Source: an uncultured bacterium
GTDB taxonomy: Bacteria > Gemmatimonadota > Gemmatimonadetes > Gemmatimonadales > Gemmatimonadaceae
Reading direction: 5' to 3'
Length of the DNA stretch: 64,000 bases
NCBI GenBank assembly: GCA_963978095.1
Contig: CAXBQP010000003.1
Location: forward strand, 65,868-129,867
Shown here: piece by piece, positions 46,014 to 55,978 of the stretch
Layout: each line of letters begins with the position of its first letter
How positions within the stretch are numbered: position 1 is the first letter of the stretch
Program-made: the position numbers and the translations under genes
Notes under the pieces: generated by a model
Databases searched by the model: none
What the model was told of the DNA's origin: nothing
The model's input: only the letters and a program-made list of their open reading frames with translations

Positions 46014-47131
46014 GGCACGATCTCGCGAAAGATCCCGAGCATGTCAGCCGCGGTGCGGTCCCATGAATATTCGGCGGCCCGACGGAGCCCCGCCGCACGG
46101 AGTCGCGCGGCCTCGGCCGGGTCTTCCAGTACACGTGCGACGGCGGCAGTGAAGGCCTCCACATCGTCCGGATCGGCGAGCAGCGCAGCCTCGCCCGCGA
46201 CCTCCGGGAGCGACGTGGCCCGCGCGACGACGGCCGGCGTCCCGCTGACCATCGCCTCAAGCATGGGCAACCCGAACCCTTCGTATCGCGAGGGCATCAC
46301 AAAGCACGCAGCGGCGGCATACAACGCGGCCAAGCGCGTGTCGTCGAGCATCTCCACGTCGATGATCCGAGCCGCTACCCCGAGACGGGTGGCATGGGCC
46401 ATCGTGTGTGCCCAATGCGGGAAGCGCTCGCCCGCGACCACCAACGAGAGTGACGGGTGACGGGCCTGCAGGCGCGCCAATACATCGACCGCGAGCTCGA
46501 TATTCTTGTGCGGCTTTCGATTGGCGACGACCAGCAGGAATGGCGTCGTGACCCCGTGCGGGAGGGCGTGAGGCGTGCGCTCGCGGAAAGCCGTCGGGAC
46601 TCCGCCGCCGCACACCACGCGCACCTGGCCGCGCAAGGCCGCGTCGTGCGACTCGAGGTCATCGCGCGTGAACTGCGATACCGTCACCACGCGGTCGGCG
46701 CGTCGGGTCACGCGTCGCAGCAAGGTACGCATGAGAAGACGCTTCACCGCACTCGTGTGCTGGGCGACACGCAACGGGATCAGATCGTGCACCGTGACGA
46801 CGGTGGGGCGATGCGCGAAGAAGAACGGGGCATCCCAATGCGGGAACCAGACCACGCTCCGCTGCGGGAGCTTGGCGGCGAGTCGCGGCCACGCACGCTG
46901 CGCGGAGGCGGCGTATCGCCCACCGACGAGCGCCAGGATTCGCGTCGGCGTGGCCGCGGAGAGTGTCGCGCACCACGGGCCGAGTTCCCGGGGATCGCCG
47001 GCGAGCACCACCTCGGCGAACTCGCCGGTCGCCACGATGCGCGACGTGACCTCCCGCACGTGGCGCCCGATCCCCGATCCCCAGAGGACACGCGCGTCCA
47101 CGACCAGCACGCGCTTGTCGCGACCACTCAC
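46010..47131 (-). CDS. GT4 glycosyltransferase (mannosyltransferase-like)
   Basis: SGIGR, TVHDLIP, TVS, PHKN and YEGFGLPMLEAM..G.P. GTGA overlaps at both ends. Confidence 0.92.
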   Translation of the reverse strand: MSGRDKRVLVVDARVLWGSGIGRHVREVTSRIVATGEFAEVVLAGDPRELGPWCATLSAATPTRILALVGGRYAASAQRAWPRLAAKLPQRSVVWFPHWDAPFFFAHRPTVVTVHDLIPLRVAQHTSAVKRLLMRTLLRRVTRRADRVVTVSQFTRDDLESHDAALRGQVRVVCGGGVPTAFRERTPHALPHGVTTPFLLVVANRKPHKNIELAVDVLARLQARHPSLSLVVAGERFPHWAHTMAHATRLGVAARIIDVEMLDDTRLAALYAAAACFVMPSRYEGFGLPMLEAMVSGTPAVVARATSLPEVAGEAALLADPDDVEAFTAAVARVLEDPAEAARLRAAGLRRAAEYSWDRTAADMLGIFREIVP

Positions 47132-48339
47132 GGCGTCGCCACCCCCGCCCGTCGGGCACACGCGGCCAACACGGCCGCCCCGACGAACATCGCGTCCTCC
47201 ACTGGCGCGAACCGCGGCGAATGCGCCGCCGTGGGCGCACCGTCCGGCTCCCGCGCGCCGATCCGCAGGAAGCAGCCCGGGATCCGCTCTTGGTAAAAAG
47301 CGAAATCCTCACCGCCCATGTTGGTGGTCCCCAGCGGGACGATTGACGATGCACCGAGCACGGCGCGCGCCGCCTCGGCGGCCATCGTGGCCGCGTGCCC
47401 GTCATTCACGACCGGTGGCGTCCCGCCGCTGAACGTGACCGTCGCGCGCAGTCCATGGGCAAGTGCCACGGCATCGGCGATCCTCACCACCTCACGCGTG
47501 AGTAACGCCCGCGACGCCGGTGTCGTGGCCCGCACCGTGCCCGAGAGTTCCGCCGTTTCCGGAATGATGTTCGCGGCCGTGCCCGCATGAACCGTTCCGA
47601 CGGTCACGACCCCAGGCAGCGCCGGATCCAGTCGACGCGCGACGATCGTCTGGAGCGCCATGATGAGCGCTCCCGCCCCGACGATCGGGTCGGCGGATTC
47701 CTGCGGGCGCGCGCCGTGCGCGCCCGCGCCGTGCAAGGTGATGGCGAACGAGTCCGTGCTGGCCGCGAGTGGTCCCGCCTGCGCCACGACCTGACCGACC
47801 GGAAACCGCCGATCCACATGCGCCCCGAAGATCAGGGCCACGCCATCCAGCGCGCCGCTCTCGAGCACCGCGCTCGCCCCTTGGCCGACTTCCTCCGCGG
47901 GCTGCAGCAGGATCCGCACCTCGCCGCCGGCGGGTTCACGAGCGAGCAACAGCGCGGCGCCGATCGCCCAGGACGCGTGGATATCATGACCGCACGCATG
48001 CATGACGCCCGGCACGGTCGACGCGTAGGGGAGCCCCGTGGCTTCGGTGATCGGGAGCGCATCGATGTCGCCGCGCAGCGCGACGATCGGCGCACCGGGC
48101 TCCGTGCCCGGGATCACGGCGAGCAGCCCCGTCCCTGCGATCCTCCGCACGTCGGAGACCCCGATCTCGCGGAGCGCCTGTTCGAGCCGCGCTTGCGTCC
48201 GGACCTCCTGCCACGAGAGCTCGGGATGCGCGTGCAGGTCACGACGCAACGCCGTCAGCAACGCGCGGTCCGCTTCGGTGAACGGCAACGTCGCCGTTCC
48301 AACGATCGTTGCCGCAGACGCTCCGGCGGCGGCGTCCAC
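47128..48339 (-). CDS. M20D amidohydrolase (candidate N-succinyl-L-amino acid desuccinylase)
   Basis: H.HPELS, LRGDIDALP, MHACGHD.H, QPAEE, GEDF and HSPRF. TAGTG overlap with the NSAR gene. Confidence 0.92.
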   Translation of the reverse strand: MDAAAGASAATIVGTATLPFTEADRALLTALRRDLHAHPELSWQEVRTQARLEQALREIGVSDVRRIAGTGLLAVIPGTEPGAPIVALRGDIDALPITEATGLPYASTVPGVMHACGHDIHASWAIGAALLLAREPAGGEVRILLQPAEEVGQGASAVLESGALDGVALIFGAHVDRRFPVGQVVAQAGPLAASTDSFAITLHGAGAHGARPQESADPIVGAGALIMALQTIVARRLDPALPGVVTVGTVHAGTAANIIPETAELSGTVRATTPASRALLTREVVRIADAVALAHGLRATVTFSGGTPPVVNDGHAATMAAEAARAVLGASSIVPLGTTNMGGEDFAFYQERIPGCFLRIGAREPDGAPTAAHSPRFAPVEDAMFVGAAVLAACARRAGVATP

Positions 48340-49463
48340 TACGCGAGCTCCTCGCGCCGTACGGTGATCGCCTCGATCATCTCCGTGTCGATCGCCACGC
48401 CGATCCCGGGCGCGTCGAGCGGCACCGAGACCATCCCGTCCCGCATGGTCCAGGCCGGGGTGACGATGTCGCGGGCCCAGTAGCGTGCGCTCGGACTGAC
48501 ATCGCCCGGCAGCGTGAAGTTGGGGAGCGAGGCGAGCGCCACGTTGTAGGCGCGCCCGATTCCGCTCTCCAGCATGCCGCCGCACCAGACGGGAATCCCC
48601 CGTGATTCGCACAGATCGTGGATCGCCAGCGACGGGGCGAACCCGCCGACCCGCCCGGCCTTGATGTTGATGATCCGGCCGCTCCGGAGCGTGATCATGT
48701 CCTGCGCCCGGTCGAGCGATGTGATCGTCTCGTCCAGACAGATCGGCGTCCGGAGTTTGCGTTGCAGCTCGGCATGCCGCACGAGGTCGTCGTGCGCGAG
48801 CGGCTGCTCGATCATCATGAGGTCGAGCTCGTCGAGGGCCACCAGGCGATCGGTATCGTCGAGCGTGTACGCGTTGTTGGCATCGGCCATCAGATGCGCA
48901 TCATCGCCGAGGGCGCGGCGCACCGCGGTGAGCCATTCGACATCGTGCCCGGGTTCGATCTTGATCTTCACCTTGCGGTACCCCTCGGCGAGCGCGGCCC
49001 GCACTTTCTCGATCAGCGCGTCGGGGCTCGCCTGGATGCCAAGCGAGATCCCGGTGGCGATCTGCGTGCGCGTTCCACCGATGAACCGCGCGAGCGGTTG
49101 TCCGGCCAGGGTCGCCGCGAGCCCCCAGCATCCCATTTCGACGCCGGCCTTCGCCATGCGATGTTCGCGGAAATCGCGCTCGAGCACCGCGTGCAGCTCG
49201 CCGGGGTGCGCGAGCGCACGCCCCAGCACGCGCGGCGCGACCCACTGCGCGATCGCCAGCCAGGCCGTGTCGATCGTTTCGCTCGAGTAGTTCGGCGACT
49301 CCCCGGCGACACACTCGCTCCAGGCGATGGCGCCGGACGCGTCCTGCAGCTCGAGCAACAGGATCCGACGGTCCTGCACCACGCCGGACGAGATCCGGAA
49401 AGGCTCCTTGAGCGCCAGCCGGATCTCCCGCAGGGTAATGCGATCCACGCGCACGCTGGGCAT
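48339..49463 (-). CDS. menC: o-Succinylbenzoate synthase / N-succinylamino acid racemase (NSAR/OSBS subfamily)
   Basis: K.K.KI.PG.D, DANNAY, IEQPL, CLDE, INIK.GRVGG, CGGMLE and LPGD. Confidence 0.92.
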   Translation of the reverse strand: MPSVRVDRITLREIRLALKEPFRISSGVVQDRRILLLELQDASGAIAWSECVAGESPNYSSETIDTAWLAIAQWVAPRVLGRALAHPGELHAVLERDFREHRMAKAGVEMGCWGLAATLAGQPLARFIGGTRTQIATGISLGIQASPDALIEKVRAALAEGYRKVKIKIEPGHDVEWLTAVRRALGDDAHLMADANNAYTLDDTDRLVALDELDLMMIEQPLAHDDLVRHAELQRKLRTPICLDETITSLDRAQDMITLRSGRIINIKAGRVGGFAPSLAIHDLCESRGIPVWCGGMLESGIGRAYNVALASLPNFTLPGDVSPSARYWARDIVTPAWTMRDGMVSVPLDAPGIGVAIDTEMIEAITVRREELA

Positions 49464-49465
49464 CC

Positions 49466-50290
49466 TCAGGAACTCCGCGTCAGAAGATAGGTCGGATCGG
49501 CGGTGCGATCAGGGACGAAGGCCGTCACCCGATATCCGCGCGTGAGATAGTGCGACAAGGCGCGGCGCGCGGCCATGCGCCAGACGCGCGCCCCCTCGAG
49601 ATCATGGCGCAAGAGGTGATGATAGTCGGTGGGGATGCGCACGGCGACACGGGGCGCATCCGGCAGTGCGTCGCCCTCGGTCGGACCATGACCCGGGGGC
49701 CCCGCCACCACCAGCGCTCCTGCGATGAGCGTCGGGTCACCGGGGAGCGCCACCGGTTCGGCTCGGACGGACCACGAGGCCACGAACCGGTCAGTCCCGA
49801 GCGGGCCGTGGACCGGGCTCGCCGTCTCCGTGCCGTACATGTCGGGAACGAACTGATGGACGCCGGCGCCCAGCAGATTGAGGTTCAGATGGGCGTTCCG
49901 CGCGACGAAGGGATCGAAAGTCCAGTACATGACCTCGACGCCCATCCGCCGGCATTCCGCCCGCTGCCAATGCTTGAGGGCCTCGCCCAGCCGGCGGCCC
50001 TGCGCTTCCGGGCGCACGGCGAGCATGTCGGACCAGTGCGCGAGGGTCCCGTCGCGCGGACCGGTCAGGCCGAACACGAACCCCACCATCCGGCCGCTGG
50101 CGTCGAACGCTCCGCCGGTGATGCCGCCCAGCTTGGGACCGACCAGGAGCATGGCCGCCGGGATCCGTTCCGTGAACCCCGCACCCCAGGTCTCGTCCTG
50201 GATCCGGACGACCTCGGCCCGCTCCGCGTGCGAGACCAGATGGCGGATGGTGTAGCCGGTGGGAGGGGGGACGAAGGCGACAGGCGGCAT
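49466..50290 (-). CDS. GNAT family acyltransferase (candidate D-amino acid N-succinyltransferase)
   Basis: WS.MLAV, LK..QR, WTFDP...RNA.LN, DMYG and TDRF motifs of the GNATs found next to NSAR genes. Confidence 0.85.
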   Translation of the reverse strand: MPPVAFVPPPTGYTIRHLVSHAERAEVVRIQDETWGAGFTERIPAAMLLVGPKLGGITGGAFDASGRMVGFVFGLTGPRDGTLAHWSDMLAVRPEAQGRRLGEALKHWQRAECRRMGVEVMYWTFDPFVARNAHLNLNLLGAGVHQFVPDMYGTETASPVHGPLGTDRFVASWSVRAEPVALPGDPTLIAGALVVAGPPGHGPTEGDALPDAPRVAVRIPTDYHHLLRHDLEGARVWRMAARRALSHYLTRGYRVTAFVPDRTADPTYLLTRSS

Positions 50291-50379
50291 GCGTGAGGGG
50301 ACGGGCGGCGTGGAGGGCCGACAGCGTGCCTCGGGACGCGGCGGCCACGACCTTGCGAGCGACACCCCGGTGTCGCACA

Positions 50380-50401
50380 TTGTACACAGTATTGTATACA
50401 A
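50380..50401. promoter_or_regulatory. Tandem GntR (FadR/FCD-type) operator boxes
   Basis: Perfect palindrome TTGTATACAA (50392-50401) and variant TTGTACACAG (50380-50389) in the divergent intergenic region; a GntR-FCD gene lies downstream in the + strand operon. Confidence 0.75.
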
Positions 50402-50421
50402 AACTGCCGCCGGAGTCCTCA

Positions 50422-52149
50422 ATGCGCAAGCTGGCCGCTCTCCTTCCTCTCGCGTGGGCCCTCTCGGCCTGTTCGGTCAATGTCATCCGGGGCGGCGCGC
50501 CGGCATTGACGCCGGCCGATCCCGCCTACGATCTGGTCATCACCAACGGGCGCATCGTCGACGGTTCCGGCAACGCCTGGTTCTGGGGTGATGTCGGGGT
50601 GCGTCGCGACCGGATCGCCACCATCGCGCCCCGCCACGGACTGGCCGCCGCCGCCACCAAGCGGCAGATCGACGCTCACGGGCAGATCGTCGCGCCGGGG
50701 TTCATCGACATCCAGGCACAGTCGTACGAGGACTTCATGACCGGCAACGGTCGCGTGCTCTCGATGGTGGTGCAGGGCATCACGACCGCGATCCTCGGCG
50801 AAGGCGACACCCCGGCACCGGTGAACGACAAACTGCTGGCCCTCATCACCGACAGCACCAGCCGACGACTGGCGACCCGCTTCACCGGACCGCACGGCTT
50901 CGGCCAGTGGCTCGATTTCATGGTCGCACGCGGCGCGTCCGAGAACGTCGGGTCGTTCGTCGGGTCGGGTACGGTGCGCGCGTTTGCGAAAGGCGCCGAG
51001 ATGGGCGCCTTCACCCCCGCGCAACGGGACAGTTCGATGGCCATGGTGCGGCGCGCCATGCAGGACGGCGCGTTCGGCGTGGCCAGCGCGCTGATGTATC
51101 CTCCCGACAACTACAACACCACCGACGACCTGATCAACTCCGCCAAGGCCATGGCCCCGTTCGGCGGCGTGTACATCACGCACATGCGCAACGAAGGGGA
51201 TCATCTCCTCGAGTCGGTGGATGAGGCGATCCGCATCGGCCGCGAGGGCGGCGTGCCCGTGGAGATCTATCACCTGAAGGCCTCAGGGCTGCGCAACTGG
51301 GACAAGATGCCGGCCGCAATCGCGCGCATCGACGCCGCGCGCGCCGCCGGCTACGACGTGCAGGCCGACATGTACCTGTACATCGCCGGGGCCAACGGCT
51401 TCGCCAGCTGCATCGCCCCGCAGTACGCCGCGGACGGCAAGCTGCTCGAGAATCTCCGCAACCCGAAGATCCGCGAGCAGGTGAAGATCGATCTGCAGCG
51501 CGAGATCCCGGGATTCGAGAACAGCTGCCTCGAAGCACCGCAGAACGTGATGGTCGTGGGCTTCACCAAACCCGAACTCAAGCAGTACGAAGGAAAGCGG
51601 ATCACCGAGATCGCCGCGGCGATGGGCAAACACTGGACCGACGCCCTGATCGATCTCAACATCGCCGAGGAGGCCAAACTCGGCGAGATCCTGTTCCGCA
51701 TGAGCGAAGACAACGTGAAGCTGCAGCTGAAGCAGCCGTGGATGAAGTTCGGCACGGATGCGGGGGCCAACGACCCTGCGACCGCCGTCGGCATGACGCA
51801 TCCGCGTGCCTACGGCAACTTCCCGCGCCTCTTCGGCAAGTATGTGCGCGAGGAGCAGGTGCTGACGCTGGAAGATGCGGTCCGGAAGGCGACCTCCGCG
51901 GTGGCGACGCGACTCTCGATCGCGGATCGAGGGCTCGTCAAGGAAGGGATGAAGGCCGATATCATCGTCTTCGATCCTGCCACCATCGCCGACAAGGCAA
52001 CGTTCGAGAAGCCGCACCAGCTCTCGGTCGGCGTCAACACCGTGATCGTGAACGGGGTGGAGGTCCTTCGCGACGGTGCGCACACCGGGGCCAAGCCCGG
52101 CCAAGTGGTGCGTGGTCCCGGCTGGACGGGATGGACGAGCCCGAAGTGA
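50422..52149 (+). CDS. N-acyl-D-amino-acid deacylase family lipoprotein
   Basis: Lipobox LSAC; D..I.NG.IVDGSG, APGFID, THMR.E, YHLK, HPRAYGNFPR and G..ADI..FD. Confidence 0.92.
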   Translation: MRKLAALLPLAWALSACSVNVIRGGAPALTPADPAYDLVITNGRIVDGSGNAWFWGDVGVRRDRIATIAPRHGLAAAATKRQIDAHGQIVAPGFIDIQAQSYEDFMTGNGRVLSMVVQGITTAILGEGDTPAPVNDKLLALITDSTSRRLATRFTGPHGFGQWLDFMVARGASENVGSFVGSGTVRAFAKGAEMGAFTPAQRDSSMAMVRRAMQDGAFGVASALMYPPDNYNTTDDLINSAKAMAPFGGVYITHMRNEGDHLLESVDEAIRIGREGGVPVEIYHLKASGLRNWDKMPAAIARIDAARAAGYDVQADMYLYIAGANGFASCIAPQYAADGKLLENLRNPKIREQVKIDLQREIPGFENSCLEAPQNVMVVGFTKPELKQYEGKRITEIAAAMGKHWTDALIDLNIAEEAKLGEILFRMSEDNVKLQLKQPWMKFGTDAGANDPATAVGMTHPRAYGNFPRLFGKYVREEQVLTLEDAVRKATSAVATRLSIADRGLVKEGMKADIIVFDPATIADKATFEKPHQLSVGVNTVIVNGVEVLRDGAHTGAKPGQVVRGPGWTGWTSPK

Positions 52150-52838
52150 TGTCGGCACGCCCTCGCCCGACGGCCGTCTACGAGCGCCTGCGCGACCTGA
52201 TCGTGCAGGGACGACTCGCCCCGGGCACTCGCTTGGTGGAACTCGAACTCGCCGAACGGCTCGGGGTCAGCCGGACGCCGCTCCGCGCCGCCCTCGAGCG
52301 CCTGCGGCAGGAAGGGTACGTCGTCGGCGACCGCACGGCGCGTCAACTCCGACTCGCCGTGGCGCCGCTCACGGCTGCGGATGCACAGGAACTCTTCCAT
52401 CTGGTCGGTGCGCTCGAAGGAGAAGCCGCCGAGATCGCGGCGCGCGCACTGAAGGGGCCGCGCAAGGCACTCGCGGAACAACTGCACGCGATCAATGCCG
52501 CGTTCGCCGACGCTGCGAAGGCGAAACATCCCGACCATCACACGCTGTTCCAGCTCGATCATCGTTTCCACGCCACCTATGTACACGCCTCCGCCGGACC
52601 GCGACTGCGGACCCTGCATGAGGCCGTGAAGCCTCAGGCCGAACGCTACGAACGGTTGTACGTGGCCCTGCTCGCGACTGCCATCGGCGAATCGGTGGAC
52701 GAGCATCGTCGCATCGTCGCGGCCATCCGGGCCGGTGAGCCCAAGAAAGCGCGCGAGGCGGTCCGCACCAACTGGAGCAACGCGGCGCTCCGTCTGACGC
52801 ACGTGATCACCACGACGGGACAACGGGGTGATTGGTAA
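52149..52838 (+). CDS. GntR family transcriptional regulator (FCD domain)
   Basis: LRDLI..G.L.PG.RL.E..LA..LGVSRTP.R.AL..L; D..FH and EH..I..AI. Confidence 0.95.
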   Translation: MSARPRPTAVYERLRDLIVQGRLAPGTRLVELELAERLGVSRTPLRAALERLRQEGYVVGDRTARQLRLAVAPLTAADAQELFHLVGALEGEAAEIAARALKGPRKALAEQLHAINAAFADAAKAKHPDHHTLFQLDHRFHATYVHASAGPRLRTLHEAVKPQAERYERLYVALLATAIGESVDEHRRIVAAIRAGEPKKAREAVRTNWSNAALRLTHVITTTGQRGDW

Positions 52839-53526
52839 CGTGACGCTCGCGTTCCCCACCGCGCCTCCAGGGCAGGACAGCGCCGCCACCGTCCCGCGCA
52901 ATCCCGTCTATCGCCTGGACGCGACCACGCAGCGCATGGTGCGCAGCAGCAGCATGCAGGCGTCCCCGTCGCTGCAGCAACTCAGCCGCGCCTTCAACTG
53001 GTGGGGGGGCGATGGCGTGATCTACTACACACTGCTCGTCCTCGCGGCGGGCCGCGTGCTCAGGCGTCGCGGGATGGCGGAGTTCGGCGTGCGGGGCGCC
53101 GAGGGGATCGCGCTCGCCAGTGCGCTCAGCGCGATCCTCAAGGGATTCGCGGGGCGATCACGACCGTTCGTCTCACCCGGCGCCCCGTGGCATTGGTCCG
53201 TGCTCCACGGCTGGAGCGACGCGCACTACTTCTCCATGCCGTCCGGGCATACGACGGCCACGTTCGGCTTCACCACGGCGGTATGTTTCACGGTGTTGGC
53301 ACGACAACCCGCACTCGTGCGGTGGTCGGGCACGATGTTGCTGTTCGCGGCGGCCTTCCTGGTCGCCTTCTCACGCGTCTACACCGACCAGCACTGGGCC
53401 AGCGATGTCGCGATCGGCGCGCTCCTCGGAATCCTCTCGGGCGGCTGGCTCGCACGATTCCACACGAGAACGCCCGACGCTCGAATCGACCGGCTCCTGC
53501 TCGGCACTTCCCGCCATACCTCATGA
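52828..53526 (+). CDS. PAP2 family phosphatase
   Basis: K...GRSRP, SMPSGH and SRVY..QHW.SDV. Start uncertain. Confidence 0.88.
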   Translation: MIGNVTLAFPTAPPGQDSAATVPRNPVYRLDATTQRMVRSSSMQASPSLQQLSRAFNWWGGDGVIYYTLLVLAAGRVLRRRGMAEFGVRGAEGIALASALSAILKGFAGRSRPFVSPGAPWHWSVLHGWSDAHYFSMPSGHTTATFGFTTAVCFTVLARQPALVRWSGTMLLFAAAFLVAFSRVYTDQHWASDVAIGALLGILSGGWLARFHTRTPDARIDRLLLGTSRHTS

Positions 53527-54266
53527 TGCACAGCATTCGGCATTTCGCTCGAACGTGGGTGGGTGTGGCGATCGCGATCGGAATGGCGGTTTCCACGCCC
53601 GGTGCAGCGGCCGCGCAAGCCGTACCACGCGACAGTGCGATCTTCCGCGGCAGCGACGCCACCCTCCTCGGCGTGACCACCGCGGGAGCCGTGCTGCTGT
53701 TCCAGCGCGATCAGGCGATCACGGAGTGGTTTCGGCAGCCGGCGCTGCAGAACAACGCGCTGCTCAAGAACACCATGACCGGCGCCCGGCTCTTCGGTGA
53801 TCCCGGCTCGCTGGCGATCAGTGCCGCGATGTGGGCCGGTGGCCGCATGTTCCACGATCCGAACACGGCTCGCGACGGCCAGATGGCCTTCGAAGCGGTC
53901 GCGGTCAGCAGCGCGATCACGATCGCGCTCAAGGCCGCCGCGGGGCGCGCACGCCCCTACGCGGACTCCACCAACGCGCACAACTTCGCCTTCGGACGCG
54001 GCATCAGTGACGGCGCCTACCAGTCATTCCCCTCTGGACATGCCACGGCTGCCTTCGCCTTCGCTTCAGCCATCACTGCCAGCGTCGCCCGCCGGTCGTC
54101 GCGTGATGCGAGGATCCTTGGCCCGCTGCTCTACACGGCCGCGGCGCTGACGGCCGCGTCACGCGTGTACGACCACAAGCACTGGGCGAGCGACGTGCTG
54201 CTGGGCGCTGGCATCGGCACCGTCGGTGGGTTGATGACGGTGCGCTGGCACGATCGTCACCCGTGA
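53523..54266 (+). CDS. PAP2 family phosphatase (tandem paralogue)
   Basis: K...GRARP, SFPSGH and SRVY..KHW.SDV; signal peptide. Confidence 0.9.
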   Translation: MMHSIRHFARTWVGVAIAIGMAVSTPGAAAAQAVPRDSAIFRGSDATLLGVTTAGAVLLFQRDQAITEWFRQPALQNNALLKNTMTGARLFGDPGSLAISAAMWAGGRMFHDPNTARDGQMAFEAVAVSSAITIALKAAAGRARPYADSTNAHNFAFGRGISDGAYQSFPSGHATAAFAFASAITASVARRSSRDARILGPLLYTAAALTAASRVYDHKHWASDVLLGAGIGTVGGLMTVRWHDRHP

Positions 54267-54790
54267 ACGGGATTTTCATCATCGCCGAGCTCGACGGCCC
54301 CGTGGCCGAACGGGTGAAGGCGTGGCAAGAGCAGTTCGACATCAAGTTGGCGCGCGAGGCGCCGCCCCACGTCACGATGCTCGGTTCGTCCGGCGTCGGG
54401 CCGATCGCTCCGGATACCCCGGTCGATGCCCTGCAGCGGTTGCTGGCGCCGATCGCCGCATCCACCGCACCCTTGACGTTGCAGTTCGGACCCCCCGTCC
54501 GATTCCTGCAGCGCGAGATTGTCGTGTTGCCGCTGGATCCGCATGGTCCGGTGCGCACCTTGCACGAACGACTGGCCACCAGCGGCGTGCGGTGCGCACA
54601 GGCGCGCTATCCGTTCACCCCGCACTGTACGCTGAGTTTCTATCCGACGATCACGCCGGAGTCACTGCGACGCATGCTGGCGGTGCGCGAGCCCGAGCCG
54701 TTCACCTTGCACACGCTGCGGGTCTACCACACACGCGACCCGCAGCCACCCACGCGGCTCTTCGATCTGCGGCTCACAGGGCCTTCTTGA
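54263..54790 (+). CDS. 2H phosphoesterase (2'-5' RNA ligase family)
   Basis: Two HxT motifs: PHVTM and PHCTL. Confidence 0.88.
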   Translation: MNGIFIIAELDGPVAERVKAWQEQFDIKLAREAPPHVTMLGSSGVGPIAPDTPVDALQRLLAPIAASTAPLTLQFGPPVRFLQREIVVLPLDPHGPVRTLHERLATSGVRCAQARYPFTPHCTLSFYPTITPESLRRMLAVREPEPFTLHTLRVYHTRDPQPPTRLFDLRLTGPS

Positions 54791-55274
54791 TCGCGGCGTC
54801 GAGGTCCTGCTTTCCGCCGAGTCCGGTGTAAACGACCTTCCCCGCCTTGTTGATCACCACCACGAAGCTGGTGGCCGGCACATCGTACGCGTCCACCGCC
54901 ACGCCTCGGCGATCATACAACTGCACGCCGGCCACGCCGTGCTTGGTCACATACCGCTTCACGAGTTCCGGCGACTGATTGACGCTCACCGACACGCCGA
55001 CGAACTGCACCCGGCCAGCGTACTTCTTCTGTGCGGCGAGCAGCGCAGGTTCGAGCGCCTTGCAGTTCTCACACCATGTGGCCCAGAACTCGATGACCGT
55101 GGGACCGGTGCCGACGAGCGCACCGAGATCCGCAGGTTTTCCGTCGAGCGCTTCGAGCAAGCCCCCGGGCGCCTTGCTTCCGACCGCGATCCCCGATTCC
55201 TGCGCCGACAGCGTGCTGGCGGCGACGAGCGACACGAGCGCGGCCGCACCGCGCAGCGTCTTGATCAGATCCAT
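54774..55274 (-). CDS. TlpA-like periplasmic thioredoxin
   Basis: FWATWCENC; signal peptide; Y.VP.T. Confidence 0.92.
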   Translation of the reverse strand: MDLIKTLRGAAALVSLVAASTLSAQESGIAVGSKAPGGLLEALDGKPADLGALVGTGPTVIEFWATWCENCKALEPALLAAQKKYAGRVQFVGVSVSVNQSPELVKRYVTKHGVAGVQLYDRRGVAVDAYDVPATSFVVVINKAGKVVYTGLGGKQDLDAAIKKAL

Positions 55275-55978
55275 AACTCCCCTGCCTTCAAGAGGTAATA
55301 TTCGGCGACGCCGACCATGAGGAGGGCGAAGGCCCGCTTCACCCAGAGCATCCAGCTGCCGGCGCGCGGAAGCGTTGCCAACGCACCCGAGGACAGACCC
55401 ACCACCACCAGCAGCGTGCACATGCCGAGCGAGAACGCGAGCAGGTAGATGAAGCCCAACGCGGCCGATTTGGTCGTGGTGACCCAGGTGAGCACCGCCG
55501 CCATGACCGGGGCGGAACAGGGCGCGGCGACGAGTCCGCTGACCGCCCCCATGGTGGCTGCGCCGGCGATCCGCCCGCCCTCACCGGCGTTCGCCGCCCG
55601 CTGCATGATCGCCGAGGGCAGGCGCACCGGGATCACATCCAACATGCCGAGCGCCGCGATCAGCAGCAGATTGGCCATGCCGAAGTAGAGCCATGGGTTG
55701 CTGCTGACACTGCCAAAGAGCGTTCCCGAGAGTCCGGCGAAAAGTCCCAGCGTGGAATACACCACGGAAAGCCCCAGCACGTAGCTCAGCGTCAGCGCCA
55801 CGGTGCGCCCCCGTGTCGGCGGTACACCGACCGAGGACCCCCCGACGATCGCCGCCGTGATGGGGATCATGGGATACACGCACGGCGTGAGACTCGTGAG
55901 CAGCCCCGCCACGAACAGTGCGGGGACCGCCGTCACGGGACTTGCTGAGAGTCGTTCGGCGATATGGGTGAAGTCCAC
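55265..55978 (-). CDS. ccdA: CcdA/DsbD-type transmembrane electron transporter
   Basis: SLTPCVYPMIP and AAPCSAP redox cysteines; about 6 TM helices. Confidence 0.9.
   Translation of the reverse strand: MDFTHIAERLSASPVTAVPALFVAGLLTSLTPCVYPMIPITAAIVGGSSVGVPPTRGRTVALTLSYVLGLSVVYSTLGLFAGLSGTLFGSVSSNPWLYFGMANLLLIAALGMLDVIPVRLPSAIMQRAANAGEGGRIAGAATMGAVSGLVAAPCSAPVMAAVLTWVTTTKSAALGFIYLLAFSLGMCTLLVVVGLSSGALATLPRAGSWMLWVKRAFALLMVGVAEYYLLKAGELWI

Noticed and set aside
48339..49463. Menaquinone biosynthesis locus
   Set aside because: No other men genes nearby; the GNAT/M20 context favours a racemase role.
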